Part shown: piece after piece, positions 58,867-64,000 of the stretch
Layout: each line of letters starts with the position of its first letter
Numbering within the stretch: the first letter of the stretch is position 1
NCBI GenBank assembly: GCA_041891055.1
Contig: CP169074.1
Span: 1,248,001-1,312,000 of the forward strand
Source: Halorutilales archaeon Cl-col2-1
GTDB lineage: Archaea; Halobacteriota; Halobacteria; Halobacteriales; Afararchaeaceae
Reading direction: 5' to 3'
DNA: 64,000 nucleotides
Notes under the pieces: model-generated
What the model was told of the DNA's origin: nothing
Database searches by the model: none
The model's input: the letters and a program-made list of their open reading frames with translations, nothing else
Made by a program: the position numbers and the translations under genes

Positions 58867-59687
58867 GAAATCACCTCTATTGAGTTAGCTTCAGTATCAA
58901 TCCCAGGTTGAGATGGGACACCTTGGAGACCAACCGCCGCGGCATCACCCACCTCAACTATCCTGATACGTTCATCTGCCACGAGATTGAAAAGCACCCG
59001 TGAGAGTGGTTCCGGGATCTCACCGTCGTCCGTCATCTCAACAAGTAGAAGGTTCTGGTTAAGCCACCTGATGTAGTCGCGTATTTCCATCGGAGAGGTG
59101 TTAGTGTTCCTTGAGGCGAGAATTATGGATTGGTATATCATCTCTTCATCAGGATACACGATATGCCTCTTCCCTTGAGCCTTATAAACCAACCCCAGGA
59201 AATCAGCTATCCGCGTCCAGTTGACCAGCTTCGGCTGATTCATATCTATGACACCTTGCTGTGATCTAGGTTCGTATCCCTTGTCTCTCGCAAAACTATT
59301 CATCTCTCTGTAGATACGCTCACTATCGGACTCAAATGTCTGTACATTTTTCTGGAGGAGATACTGGTAGTTGAGAAGAACCACCGACTGCTTACCCCAA
59401 TTACCACGATCAGCGTCATTTGCGAGCTCATGTAGAACCGCCATACGGAAATTGAGATCGTCATTACCTGTATCCCATGGGTAATTTACTGTATAGTAGT
59501 CTGGTTCTTCTCTTCCAATTAGACCGATTTCCTGAAGACCAGAAATTCCTTGCTTGAGAAGGCTTTCCGATAGGTCAGTATCATCAAGTATCTTTTCTTT
59601 AGTAGTATTCCCTCTCCGAATGGATTTGTATACTACACGTAATGGTCCCGGTGTCTGTACCGTATTGAGTATGTATCCTTCACTCAT
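58863..59687 (-). CDS. Winged-helix-like protein, DpdG-like
   Basis: ILN..P start; N..K..NW...DFLGL motif; overlaps both neighbours. Confidence 0.55.
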   Translation of the reverse strand: MSEGYILNTVQTPGPLRVVYKSIRRGNTTKEKILDDTDLSESLLKQGISGLQEIGLIGREEPDYYTVNYPWDTGNDDLNFRMAVLHELANDADRGNWGKQSVVLLNYQYLLQKNVQTFESDSERIYREMNSFARDKGYEPRSQQGVIDMNQPKLVNWTRIADFLGLVYKAQGKRHIVYPDEEMIYQSIILASRNTNTSPMEIRDYIRWLNQNLLLVEMTDDGEIPEPLSRVLFNLVADERIRIVEVGDAAAVGLQGVPSQPGIDTEANSIEVIS

Positions 59688-60618
59688 AGTCGTAATTTAA
59701 CCATTTGTAGTATTTCGCATCTATCTTGCTCCTTTCAGGGTTTAAGTCTTCTGCGGCTTCTCTCGCGTCTATCTTTGAGGAGTCGTTTACTGCATAGGCA
59801 TAGTCGAAAGTTGGGACATCTTTTAAAGCAGCTCTGTTCAGCTTGCGTGCCATACTGACACTCTCCTTCCTGTCCCATTCAATCCTTCTTCTTAGCCATC
59901 CACCCAAAGCTTCTACCTTCTCATCGGTTTCCAGAGGACCGCTACCTTGGGATTTAGGATTGTCGAATATGTCACAAAATACGTGATATAGAGGGAGATA
60001 TGGGTTATCCGGGAGAATTTCAAACAGATCTCGTGTCTCCTCAACTCTCTTTCCTTCTACAAGTTTATAGAGATTCGCGTTATCCTGTAAGAACAGATTC
60101 TTGGTGTCTTGAAGAAGAAGCTGCCAACCCTTCTGCCTGTAGTCTTCTTCAATACTCTTGTATACTCTTTCGTATGCACCGATTGAGTTCACGAACTGTT
60201 CATGACGGAGAGGACGATGGCCCTCGGTTGGCTCAAACATACGGTGATCCGAGACTACCACGAGCGTCCCGTTACTTGCTGTGTATCTATCTATTAGTCT
60301 TGTAATTGAGTACTTCGTCTGGTGTTCGTAATAACTCGTTGTTACGACACCGAGATCCTCTTCAGAGGGGTGTTTGAAGTTTTCGTCCCCGATAACGTGG
60401 TAGCCAACATCAGGGAACTCGTACTGCCTCCCTCCTTTGTCGTACTCTGAACTCTTTTTCAACTGTCTCCAAGAAGTTGGATACGTAAAGTCAGACAGTC
60501 CGATATACTGGAGAGCGGGTACCGACCTTAGCTTCCAGAAGTGAACGTTGCCCACAGGGTCATGAATAAACGCTACGTCCTTCGAATGAAGACGACGTTT
60601 GATATCTTCAAGAGTCAT
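59680..60618 (-). CDS. Hypothetical protein in the helicase-ATPase operon
   Basis: 312 aa; 4-bp gap to the helicase and 8-bp overlap downstream. Confidence 0.75.
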   Translation of the reverse strand: MTLEDIKRRLHSKDVAFIHDPVGNVHFWKLRSVPALQYIGLSDFTYPTSWRQLKKSSEYDKGGRQYEFPDVGYHVIGDENFKHPSEEDLGVVTTSYYEHQTKYSITRLIDRYTASNGTLVVVSDHRMFEPTEGHRPLRHEQFVNSIGAYERVYKSIEEDYRQKGWQLLLQDTKNLFLQDNANLYKLVEGKRVEETRDLFEILPDNPYLPLYHVFCDIFDNPKSQGSGPLETDEKVEALGGWLRRRIEWDRKESVSMARKLNRAALKDVPTFDYAYAVNDSSKIDAREAAEDLNPERSKIDAKYYKWLNYDYE

Positions 60619-60622
60619 TAGG

Positions 60623-63600
60623 TTACTCCTCTATACCTGTTATTGCCGCGAGAGTGCGGTGATCTAGTAGATCATTTTCAAGGTAATGTGCAGGAGTACG
60701 TGAGATGAGAAGGCACTCATCACAGTAATCAACGCATCTTTCACAGTCGGCTATTTCTCGAACCTTTTCCTCTATATCTTCGAGGCTCTCGCGTACCTGC
60801 CAAGCTATTCCATTTCCTCCTTGGCGACTATCTACCAAGAACACCTTGACGGTATCTTCCGTAGTTTTTGTTTTAACACGGAAGTCCGACCTGTCGCACT
60901 CTGCAACAACGGCTACCGCCCTCTTCATAGCCTGCTCAATACTCGTCAACGCCTGTGACCACGACTTTGGTTCATGATCGGCTCTGTCGTACCTCTCTTC
61001 TACCTGTTCCTTGTCGAATGATATTATAGTTCCTTGAGTATGGTACTGCTGACCAACCGGACGGTACCGTTCTTTTTCAGTTTCCTCCAACTTGTCACGC
61101 CAAGACATATCTGTTTCAGAAGTACTCGATTCTTCGTCTTCTTCTATTAGGGCTTCGGAACGGTAGAGATCCATATCCGGGCTACTGGAATGGCCTCTTT
61201 CAAAAGCATAGACAAAATCAGTGAGTTCGTGCTGTCCGTACCCCACTTGGCAGTCGAGATCGAACAGCGTTGTCTCTTCAGTGGTACCCCCTTCGTTCTC
61301 AGCAATATATGTGGACATCTCGGCGTGAGTTCTCCACTCTGCTCGTCCTCCGCGTGCTTCCTTGCATTCGACGTTTGCGACTCCGTGGACATCTGTGGAC
61401 TCAAGCTCGGATCCGCAGTGGGGACAGATATCTTCGTCCGTATGGTAGGTTTGGAACCGACGATCGCATTCTTCGTTGTCGCATACCGCTACGCTCGTTA
61501 TCGGCTCAGGTGTGCCACGAACATCGTTAACGACGTAGTCGGTACCGTGGAGCTTAAGAACCGCTCCAAACTCGTTCTCCTGTCCTGGATACATATCGTA
61601 GAGACGCCCCCCTCTTTCGAAGGATATCTCATCATCCCTTCCGCTGAACTTTACAGGGAATGTCTGTCCGAAGTTACGGTAGTTTGCGAGGTATCCCAGC
61701 TTGCTCAGCCACTGATCAAGCCGGCTTGTGTTCTTCGTCAGCTCTCTGTTTGCCGTAGCGGAACTTGACATCGTGGATAGACTTCCGAATGTCTGATCAG
61801 TCCGCGTCGATAGAGACAGGTTTTCATCTTCAAAGAATATCTGTTCGAATACTTCGACCCCCCGTTCTCCGAATACGTCCTGTATGTGTTCGCGTAGAAC
61901 GCCTTCCATCTCATCGCGTATGAATCCGTTCAGGATACTAATGTGCTCCTGTACCGCGGAAACGAACTTAGCGAGGTTCTCCCTCTCTGGTTCAGGTATA
62001 GTATACATCCTCTGGAAGACATCTTCAGGGTGAGGGTTGCGAGCGAGATACGCAAATACTTCTGTGGTCACATGACCCGCCAGAAGCTCGTCGAAGTCAT
62101 ACGGATCAGGTATACGAACGGGTTCAAAGCTTCCGAGGTAGCTATCCAGATTTGCGTAATAATGTCCGTCCACAGGATGTTGTCCTCGGATAACTGTCAT
62201 GACCAATGACGAACTCCCGCGGGTTCTTCCTGTCCGACCGGAGCGTTGAACATAGTTGGTCAACGTCGGGGGTATTCCCACCTGTGCAACAGTATCTAGA
62301 GACCCTATGTCCACACCAAGCTCCATTGTTGGGGTGGAACTTACTATGTTAACATCCGGGTCCTCCTTCTTGAAGCCCTCCTCGATAGCTCCCCTCACCG
62401 TGTGCGGTATATTGCCTTTATGAATACCTACTGAGATAAACTCGGGAGAGCCACCACCTTGTATAGGCTGAGTTACGTCATGAGCCCAGTGATCGACCGC
62501 ATAGTCCCATCCGGATTCGACTTCGGCGTATCCTGGATCCGCTTGAAGGTTTCCGTTCTCGTCGCGTGTGAACCTTCTGTACGTTTTAAGCGGGGAACCG
62601 CATTCCTGACACTCGTTAATGCACCCGCCGGACGAAGTAGCCGGGTATGAGGAATAACACTCTTTACAAAATCCCACGTCAGGTAGGAGAACCAAATCCG
62701 AATCATCATTACGGATGTCACGTGTGAATATCCCGCTATCAGCTGGCTCATCAAGTATTCCCATCGACTCAACTGTTTCGCGGGCTGACTCAAGATAATC
62801 TCTCAGACTCTCACGCTTGACTTCATCGAGGTTCTGCGAAGATACCCTTTGTTTTACGTCGTCAAAGGGCATGATAGAAACGATACCAACCTCATGTAGA
62901 TCAGATATTACGTCGTCTATAACCCTCTCTACCATCTCCTCTGATACGTTAACCCTCTTGTCTATACGGTCAACCAGCTTCGACCTCGTCAAACCGTTGA
63001 ACCCAACTCCTTCTTTTGTAAACGAGGCTTTCTGAAGCGCGAAGAGCTTGTACACCTCATGTGCCACAACAAGCTCAAGCGGATCGGAACGTTCTGCAAC
63101 TACGTTAGCTGTGACTAACGCACTGTCGAGTAGGTTCTCACAGTTCGATAGACCTGCGTGTCCCCTGACAGTTTCCAACATCGGTCGGAGGAAGTTATAC
63201 GCCTCAGACTCCTCGTCTATCTCGTTCTGTACGAGTGGATCCCAGTACTCCTCTTGGAGTTTAGTGGCGACATTAGTATACACCTCATAGTTTTCCGCTT
63301 GACCTCCGTTTTCGATTATCTCCTGCAGGTACAGGGTCTGAGCCATCAGGCTGTACTCAGTATCTATTATTTTGTCCCCGACGCTTTCTGCGGCGCTATG
63401 TGAGTCGGAGAAGACAAGCGTCTTTTTCGAAGGAGTTTCCCTGCAGACCTCCGTTAGCATATACGACAACAGAGAGGATGTCGGAACACCAACATCGGAT
63501 AGACGAGGAGAGTTGCTACAGCCGGGGCAGTCGCTCTCCGATCCGTGTCTGTTCGACCGTGCAGGAGTAAACTGAGACCCATCGTTGTCCTCGGTTTTTA

Positions 63601-64000
63601 CCTCAACATATGGCTCGTGACAGCTCCGACAGAACTTTATTTCAGGTAGCTCTGCCTCAGACTCACAGTGAGGGCATCGAGAGTCTCTGGTAAGGGATCC
63701 ACACTCCTGGCACCAGTACACCTTATGAGGGGGCTTTAGAAAGACGTGGTATTTCTCGGTTACTATGCCCGCAAGACGACCAAACGCCATAACGGTACTC
63801 ATCACCTCTTCGGGATTATCAACCCCCTGTTCAGCGATGCTGTCTATCAGTTCATCATAAGATTTGAAGCCGACAACGCCGGTCGTTTCCGTATCGAACC
63901 ACCTCGTGAGTTCAGCTACCTCAGGGACTGATTCGAGAATGAAGTCGTACCAACGACTCGTAAATCCGCTGGTCTCTATAACTGTCTCAACAATCTGTCT
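60623..64000 (-). CDS. SF2 DEAD/DEAH helicase with Zn ribbons and DUF1998-like C-terminus (partial, starts beyond window)
   Basis: Frame is open to 64000; LVFSDS, TPTMELGVDIG, YVQRSGRTGR, DSRQGGNG, C..C..YC..CL. Confidence 0.9.
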   Translation of the reverse strand, partial: RQIVETVIETSGFTSRWYDFILESVPEVAELTRWFDTETTGVVGFKSYDELIDSIAEQGVDNPEEVMSTVMAFGRLAGIVTEKYHVFLKPPHKVYWCQECGSLTRDSRCPHCESEAELPEIKFCRSCHEPYVEVKTEDNDGSQFTPARSNRHGSESDCPGCSNSPRLSDVGVPTSSLLSYMLTEVCRETPSKKTLVFSDSHSAAESVGDKIIDTEYSLMAQTLYLQEIIENGGQAENYEVYTNVATKLQEEYWDPLVQNEIDEESEAYNFLRPMLETVRGHAGLSNCENLLDSALVTANVVAERSDPLELVVAHEVYKLFALQKASFTKEGVGFNGLTRSKLVDRIDKRVNVSEEMVERVIDDVISDLHEVGIVSIMPFDDVKQRVSSQNLDEVKRESLRDYLESARETVESMGILDEPADSGIFTRDIRNDDSDLVLLPDVGFCKECYSSYPATSSGGCINECQECGSPLKTYRRFTRDENGNLQADPGYAEVESGWDYAVDHWAHDVTQPIQGGGSPEFISVGIHKGNIPHTVRGAIEEGFKKEDPDVNIVSSTPTMELGVDIGSLDTVAQVGIPPTLTNYVQRSGRTGRTRGSSSLVMTVIRGQHPVDGHYYANLDSYLGSFEPVRIPDPYDFDELLAGHVTTEVFAYLARNPHPEDVFQRMYTIPEPERENLAKFVSAVQEHISILNGFIRDEMEGVLREHIQDVFGERGVEVFEQIFFEDENLSLSTRTDQTFGSLSTMSSSATANRELTKNTSRLDQWLSKLGYLANYRNFGQTFPVKFSGRDDEISFERGGRLYDMYPGQENEFGAVLKLHGTDYVVNDVRGTPEPITSVAVCDNEECDRRFQTYHTDEDICPHCGSELESTDVHGVANVECKEARGGRAEWRTHAEMSTYIAENEGGTTEETTLFDLDCQVGYGQHELTDFVYAFERGHSSSPDMDLYRSEALIEEDEESSTSETDMSWRDKLEETEKERYRPVGQQYHTQGTIISFDKEQVEERYDRADHEPKSWSQALTSIEQAMKRAVAVVAECDRSDFRVKTKTTEDTVKVFLVDSRQGGNGIAWQVRESLEDIEEKVREIADCERCVDYCDECLLISRTPAHYLENDLLDHRTLAAITGIEE

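Larger units (their letters stand above)
29907..64000. mobile_element. Genomic island integrated at tRNA-Glu (right end outside window)
   Basis: tRNA 3' fragment at the left edge, lower GC, recombinases, IS relics, defence-type cargo, no housekeeping genes. Confidence 0.8.

Overview
Haloarchaeal DNA, judged from the acidic proteins and archaeal gene set. The methanogen-style HMG-CoA synthase/thiolase/DUF35 cluster suggests a deep-branching halophile (inference). Positions 1-29700 are GC-rich core chromosome: Trk K+ uptake, phosphohexomutase, upper mevalonate cluster, HtrA, Ogg, a copper cluster (copZ-copR-copA), two sensor kinases, hisH, MFS and small enzymes. At 29907-29947 the 3' half of tRNA-Glu(CTC), cut exactly at the anticodon loop, marks an att site. 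To its right a lower-GC genomic island runs off the window. The island carries (i) a STAND/NLR-like P-loop protein with 16 near-identical 105-bp TPR units that vary almost only at ligand-binding positions; (ii) a tandem pair of tubulin-like proteins, one intact and one degenerate; (iii) pentapeptide-repeat/ion-channel fusions; (iv) two tyrosine recombinases, one broken; (v) IS5-family relics and MITEs; (vi) a tRNA-like mini-element; and (vii) a DpdG/H/I/J-like helicase-ATPase operon. The most striking unexplained signal is a family of C-NNA-G triloop mini-hairpins. They form intergenic arrays (14.8 and 29.8 kb) and have inserted four separate times, as 43-51 bp cassettes, into one IS5 transposase. 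Removing the four inserts restores a full-length 275-codon frame. All family assignments come from motif recognition; no database search was run.
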